Source: Octopus sinensis (taxonomy: Eukaryota). From it: a DNA stretch of 64,000 bases. Every line of letters starts with the position of its first letter. Position 1 is the stretch's first letter. The notes beneath the pieces are model-generated. The model ran no database searches. It was not told where the DNA came from and worked only from the letters and a program-made list of their open reading frames with translations. The stretch lies in the NCBI RefSeq assembly GCF_006345805.1, contig NW_021832412.1:6711-70710 (forward strand), written 5' to 3'. Positions 1-13,575 of this stretch are shown here, piece after piece. The position numbers and the translations under genes were made by a program.

Positions 1-352
1 GGGATCTGGGAAGGGTCTTCTGATGCTAGGGCCTCGGCACCTAGGGGAGGGACCAATGCCTTGTGAGTGGATTTGGTAGAACGGAAACTGAAAGAAGCCT
101 GTCGTATATATATATATGTATGTGTGTGTGTGTGTGTGTGTCTGGTTGTCCCCCTAGCATTGCTTGACAACCGATGCTGATGTGTTTTACGTCCCCGTCA
201 CTTAGCGGTTCGGCAAAAAGAGGACCGATAGAATAAGTACTGGGCTTACAAAGAATAAGTCCCGGGGTCGATTTACTCGACTAAAGGCGGTGCTCCAGCA
301 TGGCCGCAGTCAAATGACTGAAACAAGTAAAAGAGTAAAAAAGAGTAAAGAG
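1..352 (+). mobile_element. SINE family B (CORE-like segment, internal microsatellite), cut by window start
   Basis: ccttgtgagtggatttggtag..ggaaactgaaagaagcc-(TA)n(TG)n-...gcggtgctccagcatggccgcagtcaaatgactgaaacaagtaaaagag. Confidence 0.8.
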
Positions 353-1024
353 TATAAAAAAAGGTGGGGGGAACTAAGACGGAAAGAGGAAGCGCTGAAT
401 TTTCGGTCGATGCTCAGAAAATTCTTTACATGAACAATATCAGACTGAGCTAAACAACGGCTGTGGACAAAGGGACATCGCTCAATATCTGTGTGATTCT
501 TGTTTGCGCTTCGACATTGAGAGCTTAATAAATGTTGTCGAAGGCATACGATGTGAACATGCAGTGGCTGTTGGGATTGATGTTATACTTCTGCCTCCTT
601 GTTTCGTTTTAAGTGGAACCTCTCAGTATCACTGTCTAAGAATATTCTGGCGGTTGTTAATAATCAATGGTTCGAATCTCCTTTAGCGTCCAATCGAATT
701 CGCCAAATATCAGTATGAACAGTGATATATCAAACGTCATACAGCCATGTGAATGTCATGTGTCCTTCTGGTACAGAGCAAGGTCTGTCAGGCAGTTGAT
801 ATGTTAGGAAGGAACCCAAATTATTTCGTTTATAAAACCCTTCAAGTATTTATATTATTCTCTCTCCTCACTCATGAAACATTTAAAACCATGTTTATCA
901 TTTACAATGTTGCCTTTTGAGGTTGATATTGTATCCAGTTATGCTGTTTGTAATGATTTTCCGCTTGGTAAATTCAAGATTGAAACAAGTATCACTACCA
1001 TCTTCAATAAAAATGGTGGTTCTC

Positions 1025-1074
<50 letters not shown>

Positions 1075-2573
1075 TGTGTGTGGTGTATTTGTGTGTAAAC
1101 AGAAGATTCTGAGGCATTCGAATGTCCCGTGACACTGTGGATCAGCACCTTGAAAGTTCTTCTCCAAAATGTAGACCAAGACAAGGTTATTTTATAGAAG
1201 GCCAGAAGCTGTCCACACATGCCAGTCTCCCCTCTCCAATCCCCCAATATTGCACAAGAAAAATGGAAAGACCGAAGCAAATTAACACCAACGCTGGTCT
1301 TTATTGTCGAAAAGTTAAAAAAAAAACGGATTAAAATACCATAAAAATAGAACGGACATCGGCAACATTTGAACTAGCGGCGCGTTGGTCGCAACTAACA
1401 CCGCAATACAACCGATCGAACGCTCTACTAATTTTGCCAATTCGCTGTTCTACGGTCAATGCTAATAACAAATTTGTTTAACACGGTTGATAATATTACT
1501 GGTTGATAATTGCAGACAGGGAAATCTCTGAGAATCATTCCAAGATTAGCAGCTGTCTGTTCACACCAAATATATATTTGTTCAATTCTTATGTATGTAT
1601 GTATGTACTAATGGATATAGTTATATTTGTATGTAAATATATATATATATGTATATATATACAATATATAATATATTATATATATTATATATATATATGA
1701 TATGTGTGTGTGGGGTGTGTGTGTTATGTATCTAGTATTTATGTACTTATTCTATCTATCTATCTATCTATCTATATATATATATATATTATGATAATAT
1801 GTATATATATATATATATATAATATATATATATGTCTCTATGTAATTATATGTTTGTGACCTGTATATATGTATGTATATATGTATGTTTGTGAGTGTGC
1901 ATGTATATATATATATATGTGTGTGTGTATGTGTGTGTGTGTATGCATATATGTATAAATGTATGTACGTATGTACGTATGTATGCTTGTATCTAGATAG
2001 GTATGCTTGTATGCATAAGAATGTATGTATACAAGTATGTATATACATGTGTGTTCGTGTGTGTATGTGTGTCTAAGTAGGTATGCATGTATATATGTGT
2101 GCATATATTTACGCATGTGTATGTGTGTATACGCTTGTATGTATTCGTGTGTTAAACATGAAACCTTACATGTATCTGTATAGAAAATTCTTGTTGTTTT
2201 GTAATTAATATCTTTCAATTAGCAGCAAGATTTTATCATGCTCTTAGGAATAAGAGAAAAAAAAAACAAGATTTGATAAAAAAATATTAAAAAAAAATAT
2301 ACAATGATAAAAACAAAATACGAAGGAAAAAATTATTACTTAAGTGTAAAATTAAAACTACAACATTAATGTAACAAAAATAAAGCGCGTGATAAATGTC
2401 TTTGGAAGAATCACGTGAGACTGGAAGTGTTTTTGCGAAGGAATATATATATATATATTTGCTGAAAGAAAACTAAGAGACTGTTATCAAAATAATCGAT
2501 GATAGGAAAATATGGAATGCGGTTGGTGCCTGGAGGGGAGCTAGAAATCAAAATAAGATAAACAAGAAGCTAA

Positions 2574-2617
2574 TAATAATAATAATAATAACGATGGTGA
2601 TGGTGATGATGATGTTG

Positions 2618-2678
<61 letters not shown>

Positions 2679-2716
2679 GATGAGGCTGAGGATGATGATG
2701 ATAACAGCAACAAAAC

Positions 2717-2769
<53 letters not shown>

Positions 2770-2776
2770 TAATAAT
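2574..2776 (+). repeat. Compound (AAT)n/(GAT)n microsatellite
   Basis: Directly visible. Confidence 0.95.
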
Positions 2777-3425
2777 AGTAAGTGCAGAATCTGTGGACAA
2801 AATGGTGAAACCGTATGGCATATTACCAGCCAATGTACGCCACTACCCCCAGAAAGAATATAAGAGACGTCATGACAATATAGCAAGGATTGTCCATTGG
2901 ACACTTTGCAACAAGTATGGACTTGAAAGAGCAAAAAAGTGGCACGAACATAAACCCGAAGGCATCATTGAAACTGATAATGCAAAGATGCTATGGGATT
3001 TTATGATTCAGTGCGACCATGAGACAGAGAATAGGAAGCCAGACATAGTGATAATTGAGAAAGAAAGCAAACTGTGCTGGATTATAGATATAGCGTGCCC
3101 AGCTGACAACAAGGTATACGATAAGGAAGAAAGAAAAGTCGATAGAAATGACAGGTTAGCTTTGGAAGTTAAGTAGCTGTGGTCGACGAAAAAGGTAGTG
3201 GTAGTTCCAATAATTGTCGGAGCCCTGGGAAGAGTGGGTAAAAATCTTGAGAAGTACATGGAACAAATAGGGGCTGCAATAAGGGTGGAGCACTTGCAGA
3301 AAACAGCACTGCTTGGAACCGTTCGAATACTTTGGAAGGTGCTCGAAAAATAAGAGGTGTTACCTTAGGCCACTGGTACTGAACAGCTGACATCGTAGTA
3401 CATCTCCAGCGTTAGAACCTGTGCA
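2777..3425 (+). mobile_element. 5'-truncated non-LTR retrotransposon with restriction-like endonuclease (R4/Dong-like), pseudogenised
   Basis: CRICGQNGETVWHITSQC (CCHC knuckle), RHD, KPDIV..IIDIACP..K, VPIIVGALG, LQKTALLGT..IL; one frameshift (~2850) and one internal stop (3174-3176); ORF stop at 3351-3353; begins right after (AAT)n. Confidence 0.85.
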
Positions 3426-3555
3426 AAGGCAATAAAATGAAGGATGAGGGGTCAATACAAAGACAGAATTAAAGTGTTGGGGCTTACATATAATGAAATG
3501 ATTTTAAAAATCCTTTCTGCTACAGGCACAAGGCCTGAAATTTTGGGTGAGTGAT

Positions 3556-3617
<62 letters not shown>

Positions 3618-3636
3618 TGATGATGATGATAACAAC

Positions 3637-3677
<41 letters not shown>

Positions 3678-3697
3678 TAATAGAAATAATAATAATA

Positions 3698-3910
3698 GTT
3701 TCAAATTTTGGGCACTAGGCCGGCAATTTTAGAGGAGGGGCAAGTCGATTAAATCGATCCAATGATCAACTTATACTTAACTTATTGACTCCGAAAGGAT
3801 GAAAGGCGAAGTCAATCTTGGCGGATTTTGAACTCAAAACGTAAGAACGGACAAAATGCTGTTAATTATATTGCTCGTTGCGGTAACGATTCAGCTAGCT
3901 CGCCGCCTTA
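3698..3910 (-). mobile_element. SINE family A (tRNA-like head, (ATT)n tail)
   Basis: Reverse complement starts ggcggcgagctagctgaatcg; degenerate B-box; shared ttcatcctttcgg..aagta..gtcgat module. Confidence 0.75.
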
Positions 3911-3959
3911 ATAATAATAAAGATGATGATGATGATGATGATGATGATAATAATAATAA

Positions 3960-4018
<59 letters not shown>

Positions 4019-4044
4019 TTGTCGTAGAAGTAGTAGTAGTAGTT

Positions 4045-4083
<39 letters not shown>

Positions 4084-4858
4084 ACAATAAGAAAATATCG
4101 ATCGACCACCCCCCCCCTTTATATTGTTGTTGTTGAGTTTTTGCTGTTATTGTTGCTTGCGCATTTCATGGCCAAGAATTTTGTATAAATGCTTCTAAAT
4201 GAAAGTTTATCGCCAGAAACAGCAAAGTTTTACTTTAAAGTTTTCTTGCTTGAAGACAAATCACAAAAAAATCTTTAAATTTTTCTGTTGCAAATGAAAT
4301 CCAAAATTTTAAAAAAACGTTTTCATTTTACCACCCCTTCCCCCCACCACATTAGTGAATTCCTTCTCGAAATAAAGACCTGCAAAAACTCATCTGTATG
4401 TGAATATATATATATATATAATATCCGAGTTTATATGATCGTGTATAGAAGAATATATTAATGGAATTGCAGCCTAGTCTGACTTTTACGTGGCAAATAT
4501 ACTTCACATTGTCGTGCAGTTACTGTTTATACCTCGTTCAGAGTTTTATTATGGCTTGTTTACACTTTTTCGAGATCAGTGACTTTTCGTCACTGGAAAA
4601 AGGATATATGTATTTGCATTGGGACCCCTTCGCATCGAAGACCGGTGATTGTCGTGCACTGACGACGGGTAAATATTCAGAAACCCGGGTACGTGCGTAT
4701 CACGTCAGGTCGACGATGGGAAGGCTGGCTTCCCTTTGCAAATACTGATAGGCAACAGAAAGTGTGTCAATAGCCAGCGGAAGATGTTCTCCTGGGGCTA
4801 CAAGCTACAGTAGCATCCGCCCTTAGTAGTTAGCCACATTTAAGTGGCAAATATACTT

Positions 4859-4896
<38 letters not shown>

Positions 4897-5006
4897 ATAT
4901 ATATAATTATATATGAGTGTGTGTGTGTGTGTATGTATATATGTGCGTGTGTGTGTGTCTGCGTGTGTGCGTATGTGTGTGTGTATATATATATATATAC
5001 ACACTA

Positions 5007-5162
5007 TGAGTAGCTGTGTGGTAAGTACCTTGCTACCAACCACTTGGTTCCGGGTTCAGCCCCACTGCTTGGCATCTTAGGCAAGTCTCTTCTTCTATAA
5101 CCTCGGGCCGACCAAAACCTTGAGAATGAATTTGGTAGACGGAAACTGAAAGAAGCTCGTCG

Positions 5163-5198
<36 letters not shown>

Positions 5199-5437
5199 TG
5201 TATGTATGTATGTATGTATATGTGCTTGTTTGTCTGTCTTTGTTCCCCCACCATCGCTTGACATCCGATGTTGGTGTGTTTATGTCCCCTTAACATATAG
5301 CGGTTCGGGAAAAGAAAAGCGATAGAATAAGTACTAGTCTTACAAAGAATAAGTCCTGGGCTCAGTTTGTTCGACTAAAAGGCGGTGCTATAGCATGGCC
5401 GCAGTCAGTTGACTGAAAGAAATACAAGAATAAAAGA
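5007..5437 (+). mobile_element. SINE family B, near full length
   Basis: gctgtgtggtaag head, ggttccgggttca B-box-like, internal (TATG)n. Confidence 0.82.
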
Positions 5438-6105
5438 CTATACAGCACACGGCAGCAGTAGCGCCAATCATTGACTAGGAATAAACGAACTTTAGTTAAA
5501 ATATATTTCGCATATTTTAACCTCTAAAAGAAAATTCATTGCATTTACCGTGGAGGAAAAAAATTTTGCTTATGGTTAAAAGATGTAAAATTGCCATATG
5601 TGCCCAGTGCTTCCATCTAGAGGATTTCCAGACACGCATTTCTGACTCCCTATCCTTCGACAATGGGAAATAACGAAGAGAGATAACCCTGAGCAGATTC
5701 AAAACCGTAGCTTTAACTAAAAGATAGTCAATATCAGTGACTGAGCTGTGCTAGTGAACCGCCTGGTCGGAATAAAAATAGCAGCTTCGGCTATTTTTAG
5801 GCTGTTTAAGATATTTTTGTAATATTTTTTAACTTCTAAAGGCAAATTTACTGCAGTTACTGTGGAGAAAGAGTTCTCTTTTATTGTAAAACGTATAAAA
5901 AAACGCCATACCTGCCCCGTGCTTCCCGCTAGTCGGCGGCGATGGTGGTAGTAATATTGCTAGTGCATTGGTGTTGGTGTTGGCAGCGGCGGCGGCAGTG
6001 GTGGTGGTGGTGGTATAGAGGTATAGCGGTAAAAAAAAATGCCCGTCGATTTCTAACAACGAATTTACTGCAACAACAACAACAACAATTACTACTACTA
6101 CGACG

Positions 6106-6146
<41 letters not shown>

Positions 6147-6313
6147 AGTACTGCTATGCTGCTAGTGTATTCAGAAATATATCTTTGTGTCGTGTGTCTG
6201 CTGAAGCTTGCAAAGAAAATAATAAAGAAATTAATAATAATATTAATAATAATAATAATGATGATGATGATAACAATAATAACAACAACAACAACAACAA
6301 CAATAATAATAAT

Positions 6314-6512
6314 GGTTTCAAATTTTGGCACAAGGTCAGCAATTTCGGGAGAGTGGCTAAGTTGATTACATCGACCACTGCGCTCATCTGGTACTTATTC
6401 TATCAACTCTGGAAAATAAAAGACAAAGTCGCCCTCGGCAGAATTGGAACGGACGAAATGCTGCTAAGTATTTTGTCCGGTTTGATAACGATTCTGCCTG
6501 CTCGCCGCCTTA
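6314..6512 (-). mobile_element. SINE family A
   Basis: Same head and body as other A copies. Confidence 0.75.
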
Positions 6513-6517
6513 CTACA

Positions 6518-6562
<45 letters not shown>

Positions 6563-6564
6563 GC

Positions 6565-6608
<44 letters not shown>

Positions 6609-7011
6609 GTAACAACAACAACAATGATAGTAACAAGAAAAAGAAGAAGAAGAGGAAGAAGAAGAGATAGAAGAAGACAAAGAAGAGGAGGAAGAAGAAG
6701 ATATGGAAGAAGAAGAAGAAGAAGAAGAAGAAGAAGAAGAGAAGAAGAAGAAGAGGAGGAAGAAGAAGAGATAGAAAGAGAAGAAGAAGAAGAAGAAGAA
6801 GAGAAAGAAGAGGAGGAAGAAGAAGAGATATAAGAATAAGAAGAAGAAGAAGAAAAAAAAAAAGAAGAGGAGGAGGAAGAAGAGATATAAGAATAAGAAG
6901 AAGAAGAGATAGAAGAAGAAGAAGAAAAAAAAGAAGAGGAGGAAGAAGAAGAAGAAGAAGAAGAAGAAGAAGAAGAAGAAGAAGAAGAAGAAGAAGAAGA
7001 AGAAGAAGAAG
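6513..7011 (+). repeat. Compound (ACT)n-(AAT)n-(GAA/GAG)n microsatellite
   Basis: Directly visible; ~390-bp almost purely purine tract. Confidence 0.95.
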
Positions 7012-7458
7012 CTGATGATCGATCTGTGTGGAAGAGCTGTATTGGCAATAAGATTAGCTATATGCAGAGTTGGAGGTTGGGAGAGGAGTAGAGTTGAATC
7101 TGGTCGGCAGAGAGGAATTGTATTGTATTAGTTTTAGACCTAACCAAGCAAACAGATTTCGGTTTGTTATGGAACTAAAAAACCTCGGTCCTAAGGAGCG
7201 GAAGGAGGGACGGAAGCAAGACACAATGCTTAGAACAACAACAATGATAACATCGGCAATAACAAAACTATCGTGAAAGTATTGTTCTGAGTTTAAAAGT
7301 ACAAAAGTATTTAGACTGTTTTGAAAATATTAGTTTTGTTCGTCTAAGATCTGATTTCCTGTCAGAAATAAGAGGGGGGTGGGGAAATAAACAAATAAAT
7401 AAATAAATAGATAAATAGATAAATAACTCTAAGTCTTCTTCGATTGAGATCACAGGAC

Positions 7459-7466
7459 GTTGTTGT

Positions 7467-7561
<95 letters not shown>

Positions 7562-7610
7562 CTGGTGATGCTGATGATGATGATGATGATAGTGATGATG
7601 ATGATGATAG

Positions 7611-7660
<50 letters not shown>
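7459..7660 (+). repeat. Compound (GTT)(GCT)(GAT)n microsatellite
   Basis: Directly visible. Confidence 0.95.
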
Positions 7661-10319
7661 GTGATACTGTTTTACATGGGTCCGTGGAATTTGGGGATGT
7701 AATATTAAGCAAAAATTGCTGTTTCTAAAATAGGTACAAAACCTGAAAGTAAAAGATGTGTGTAGTTGGGATGATGATGATGATGAGGAGGAGGAGGAGG
7801 AGGAGGAGGAGGTGGAGGATGTGGTGGTTAGTCGATTACATTGGGTCGAGTACCTGACTGATACTTTATTGTATCGACTCGGAAATGAGGGAAAGGCAAA
7901 GGTGACTTCAGCTGGATTCGAACTCAACGAAAACAGCCGGTACAAATATTGCAATGCATTCAATCCGGCGATGCTCTAATGAGCCTGCCAATCCATGGCT
8001 CTGAGACTGACTCAGATAAATGTTCCTAGCAGAGACGTCAACTAGTCATTTTGAGGGTTGGGGTTAAGACACTACCATCAACCTCCACTATTTGAGTCGT
8101 ACTTGTTTTATCAAACCCTGAAAAGCTGAAAGACAGTGATGGTTTCGGCTGGATTTGAACGCAGGACCGAAACAAAAATCACAAAACAGTTTGTCCGACG
8201 CACTAACAATCTTGCCAAGCCACCGCCCCAAAACTAACAAGCAAAAATAATAACAATCATATTAAGACTTCGTTGTGTATTTGATAAGAGCTCGTGTTTG
8301 GAAGAAATCTGAGGTTTTATATTTGGAAGAAATTCTTGTTTTGGAAGAAATCTTGTATCTAGGGAAGAGACTGATCTATAATGCACTGAGATGTGTTTAA
8401 GGCTTAATTATATACACAGTTAGATTTCTACATCATGTTCATCTCAAAGATTTGTTTCTCTATTCAAAAACTATTGCATTTTAAAACAACTGAACGCCAC
8501 AAAACATAAAATTAATCTGATTAAAAACCTCGTTAAACTGTTGCTTTGGGATCCAAACTCAACATAGTTTCCTCCTTTTTCTCCCTTCTTTCTTAACATA
8601 GCCAAACAGAAGTTTTGATTTGATGCAATAACCAGGAGTATTCAAATTCTATTGTTTTCTCCATCTCCGTATCCCAGTGTTTTTGGTTCATCAGTGGCAT
8701 ATTTTCAATTCCCAACTATTGTCCGGATAAAAGCTTGTTTTTTTGTCTCCATACTGTGTCATCTTTGTATTTCATGCTTTATTTCTTTTGATGCTAAGAA
8801 TTTATCTTGTTTAGTTTTATCACAGATATTGGCTTCATTGAACAAGAAATATCTTTATTCAAGTTTCTTATTTCAGACCAGTTCTTGGTTTCAAATATAC
8901 GTACTGTTGCTGTATGACCTCAAGTCAATCCGGGCCCAGCAGATATAAATCTAAAAAACGTTCCAGTCGTGACCACCCCTTCTTTTATTATTCATATGTG
9001 TGTCATCTGTAAAGGCGCGTAGCCTACAAATCTTTGACTGGGCGACGCGTTGTGTTCTTGAGCGAAACACTTCATTTCACGTTGCTCCATTCCCCTTCGA
9101 TCAAGGAGTAACGTTGGCCTGCACGCCTAGCCAGTGGGGTGACGTAATTCGAAGGCAAAAACAATGCAAAAGCGCATTGTGAAAAGCGATGTGTAATATC
9201 GGGCAGGTGACCACGTGTGATGTCAATTCTAGATTGACACTCTACAACGTATTCCTTATTTTCGAAGTATGCGTAATTTGAAGATGTGTAAGCTGTTTCT
9301 ACAAGTAGTTAGACCAACTGCATATGGGATCGCTCTAGAACTCTTCTAAAATTCTTCTTTCTCTTCTTCTTCCCCCTCCTCCTCCTCCTCTTCTTCTTCC
9401 TCCTCCTCCTCTTCCTCTTCCTCCTCCTCCTACTCCTCTTCTTCATGCCTATCTCTACTTTATATCCATAAATCTCTTATTGATACCTCCAAGTAACTCT
9501 TTACCTCCCTCAGTTCTTCAGTTTCTCTTTGAAATATTGCAAACTAGTTTACGCCAATATTGGTTCAGTCCACCTCCTCATAGAATCAAAATGAGATGGA
9601 TGTTTTATTTCCATCATAAAAACATCATCATTTTTCATGTATTCAATCCAATTCTTTCCGTTTTTGCTGCAATATTTCTCTTTAAGCATTCTCCGTTTCG
9701 TGTAATGTTTATTCATATATTTCAAGAATTATTGCATTTATTATTTCATATTCCTGTAATTTGTCAATATTGGTTGCGTTTCAGCAATTCTTCTCCTCAT
9801 TAAGGTCGCTGAAGTATTTTATTCTACTTGCCATTTCACTAAAAACTGTTATCGCTCTTGTTATAACTATTGTGGTTATTAGTGCTGTTCTTGTTTAACT
9901 ACAACCAATTCCATGCTGAGTACACCTAAGACCATATGCATTCCTTCGCTGAGCATTTTCATGTATTATAAGCATATTCCCTTTCAATGACTGCTATTTA
10001 CATTATTGTTATTATATATATATATACATAGATAAATTATGAAATGGAATCAAGCGTAGGTGTTATTCAAACCATTTATACTTCCAACATATGTTTCGAA
10101 AAAAGCATTGAGATTATTCCGGAGGGAACAAAAATTATGTAAAACAATGCATTCATCTTTGGCCCTTATGTCAATTCTTGCTACCCTGGTTACTATTTAT
10201 CTGTTTTTCTTTGTTATTCGTACACATTGAAAAGATATACATACATTTATATATTCATATATATGTATATATATAATATATATGTATATACAATATATAT
10301 ATACAGACATAATTTATAT

Positions 10320-10372
<53 letters not shown>

Positions 10373-10518
10373 ATGTATGTATGTATATATAAATATCTGA
10401 GGCCCCCTTCGGTCATGACACAGACCCTAGGATTGTACCTAGAAAGTTACCCTGACAGGCACAAATCCGGGCAACGTTGTTTATGAAAGACCAGCTAAAC
10501 ACAGACAGGACAGAGAGC

Positions 10519-10721
10519 GGCTAAACACAGAGAGGACAAACAAGGACAGACACACGGATTAAGTCGATTATATCGACCCCAGTGCGTAACTGGTACTTAT
10601 TTAATCGACCCCGAAAGGATGAAAGGCAAAGTCGACCTCGGTGGAATTTGAACTCAGAACGTAACGGCAGACGAAATGCCGCTAGGCATTTCGCTCGGCG
10701 TGCCAACGATTCTGCCAGCTC
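10519..10721 (-). mobile_element. SINE family A (tail type 1)
   Basis: Near-identical to other A copies; inverted relative to 10763-10999. Confidence 0.85.
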
Positions 10722-10762
10722 ACACTCGTGAGCATGAATTAAAATGATAAAATACAAGCAGT

Positions 10763-10999
10763 AAGGCGGCGAGCTAACAGAAACGTTAGCGCGCCGGGCG
10801 AAATGCGTAGCCGTATTCGTCTGCCGCTACGTTCTGAGTTCAAATTCCGCCGAGGTCGACTTTGCCTATCATCCTTTCGGGGTCGATAAATTAAGTACCA
10901 GTTACGCACTGGGGTCGATGTAATCGACTTAATACCTCTGCCTGTCCTTGTTTGTCCCCTCTATGTTTAGCCCCTTGTGGGTAATAAAGAAATAGGTAT
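10763..10999 (+). mobile_element. SINE family A, full length (tail type 1, ...cttgtgggtaataaagaaata)
   Basis: ggcggcgagc head, A-box-like and gttcaaattcc B-box, ggggtcgatgtaatcgact hairpin. Confidence 0.88.
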
Positions 11000-11422
11000 T
11001 TCGTCTGGCTGTCTGTCTACCTATCTAGTTATATATATTATATATATACATGCATACATACATACATACATATATATATATGTGTGTGTGTGTGTGGTGT
11101 GTGTGTGTGTGTGTGTGTGTAAGTCATCTTGTAATTATTGCTTCATTTATCAAGAAGAATTATGTATTCGAAAGTTTTGCAGCGTTTCATGTTTTTCCTT
11201 TCAAGTCTGTACATCGGATCATATGTCATCTTTATTTTCATGACTACTACTACTACTACTACTACTATACTACTATCATCATGTAAATCTCCACACTTTA
11301 TGTCTGTCTTTGAACGTCCCCTTCATCTGTCGCCCTGGTGGCAATAAAAAGTCATCATCATGATCATCATCGTCGTGGTCATCATCATCGTCATCATCAT
11401 CATCATCATCATCATCATTATT

Positions 11423-11632
11423 GACGAGTTGGCAGAATGTTTAGCACGCCGGACACAGTGCTTAGCGACATTTCGTCTGTCGTTTACGTTCTGAGATCAA
11501 ATTCCGTCGAGGTAGACTTTGCCTTCCGTCATTTCGGGATCGATAAACTAAGAACCACTAAAGCATTGGAGTTGATGTAATCGACTTACACCCTGCCCCG
11601 ATCCTGCTGGCCTTGTGACAAAATTTGAAACT
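11423..11632 (+). mobile_element. SINE family A (tail type 2)
   Basis: Head and body as A; ends ggccttgtgacaaaatttgaaac-(ATT)n. Confidence 0.75.
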
Positions 11633-11636
11633 ATTA

Positions 11637-11697
<61 letters not shown>

Positions 11698-11729
11698 CAT
11701 TATTATTATTATCATCATTATTATTATTA

Positions 11730-11783
<54 letters not shown>

Positions 11784-11792
11784 GTATTATTG

Positions 11793-12006
11793 AAGGCGCC
11801 GAGCTGGCAGAATCGTTAGCGTGCCAGACGAAATGCTTCGTGGTATTTCACCCGTCGCTACGTTCTGAGTTCAAATTCCATCGAGGTCGACTTTGCCTGT
11901 CATCCTATTGGAGTCGATTAAATAAGTACCAGTTACGCACGGAGGTCTATGTAATCGACTTAATCCCTTCCCCCAAATGTTAGGCCTTGTGCTTCCAGTA
12001 GAGAGA
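11793..12006 (+). mobile_element. SINE family A (tail type 3)
   Basis: Head and body as A; ends taggccttgtgcttccagtagagag. Confidence 0.78.
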
Positions 12007-12017
12007 ATTATTACTGT

Positions 12018-12360
12018 TCATCGTCGTCGTCGGCGTCGTCGTCATGATCATCTGTATCATCTCAATCATCATCGTCAACATCGTCATTATCATCATCGTC
12101 GTCATCATCATCATCATCATGATCATTGTCATCATCATCGTTATCATCGTCATCATCATAATCATCATCATCACTGTCGTCATCATCGTCATTAACATCA
12201 TCGTCATCATCATCATGATAATCATCATCATCGTCGTCATCATCCTTATCATTATCATCTATATCATCATCATCTATATCATCATCATCTATATCATCAT
12301 CATCATTATCATCATCATCATCATCACCGTCATCATCATTATCATCATGATCATCACCAT
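12018..12360 (+). repeat. Degenerate (CAT)n microsatellite
   Basis: Directly visible. Confidence 0.9.
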
Positions 12361-12484
12361 CAGTCTATACCATTTTAGCTCTCTATAAGTCTATACCATT
12401 TTAGTCTCTCTATCACTGCATTATCTTTTCTTTCAGATAATACGAATTTTACTGCTACACTGTATCTATAAATTTTATCTAACA

Positions 12485-12591
12485 TATAGATAGAGAGAGA
12501 GAGAGAGATAAATAGATAGATAGAGAGAGAAAGAGATAGAAGGATTGAGAGAGAGAGAGGGAGACAGAGACAGACAGACAGACAGACAGAG

Positions 12592-12622
<31 letters not shown>

Positions 12623-12685
12623 GACAGACAGACAGATAGACAGACAGACAGACGGACGGACGGACAGACGGACAGACAGACAGAC

Positions 12686-12771
<86 letters not shown>
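12485..12771 (+). repeat. (GA)n/(GACA)n/(GATA)n compound microsatellite
   Basis: Directly visible. Confidence 0.95.
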
Positions 12772-12772
<1 letters not shown>

Positions 12773-13575
12773 ATTATGGTGATAGGTATAACGTGGGTGA
12801 TGACCTCGTCAGCGCTTCCTCTTTAGTTGGTTGTTTCAAATCAGGATACATGAGAAAGTGACTGAACAGTAATGTTGTTACATGTATGGCACATATTGTA
12901 TGCATTGCATAACTTTATATTTGGTATGCAAAAACAACGTTCGTTTATGGAAACGTTCGTAACATCGATTTGACATCTCTATTCCACAATTAAAATCAAA
13001 TTAGATGTGTGTATGTCTGTCTGTCTCTGTATGCACGCGTGTGTGTAAATGGAGAGATGTAAACACATGATGTATATATAAAATATCTTAGTGAGCAGTA
13101 ATAGGGAGATTAATTTCGATCATGTGTTGAGCTTTTGTTAGCATCTACGCTTCCTCTAAACTCACAAGGAAGACATTACTTACAAACGTGCTATTATTAA
13201 AAGCTTTAAGTAACCTAGATAGAGCAATTTGCATAAATGATATGATCCATCGTTTCTGCCCACTGTAACTGGGCTAGTGTTCTCAAACACCTTCTCCACA
13301 GGGTCCTATCAGAAGCAGCCAGCATTCCAAATTTCTAATGGGTGTTCCCTTGAGGACCCATTTCAGGAGCTAGGGACATGTATCCTTTGTGCTCCCTCCC
13401 ACACCGTCCAAAATAAGCTGCAGGCTTATCGCTCCTTGTAACAGCATTGTGTGGAAACTGCAATGTATTACCGGATATCCGAAGCATCCCTTGTAAACAC
13501 ATGTAACGGACGATGCAGTACGACTATTCTTTCGAGCCTTTTTTTCTTCTTTTTGGGGGGTCTTATTCACGCCAG

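Noticed and set aside
8630-9800. Possible further R4-like LINE fragments on the minus strand (8630-8960, 9480-9800)
   Set aside because: Only faint motif resemblance through many stops; not supportable by eye.
10763-10860. tRNA genes at SINE heads
   Set aside because: A/B-box-like motifs only, with no complete cloverleaf; always fused to repeat bodies.
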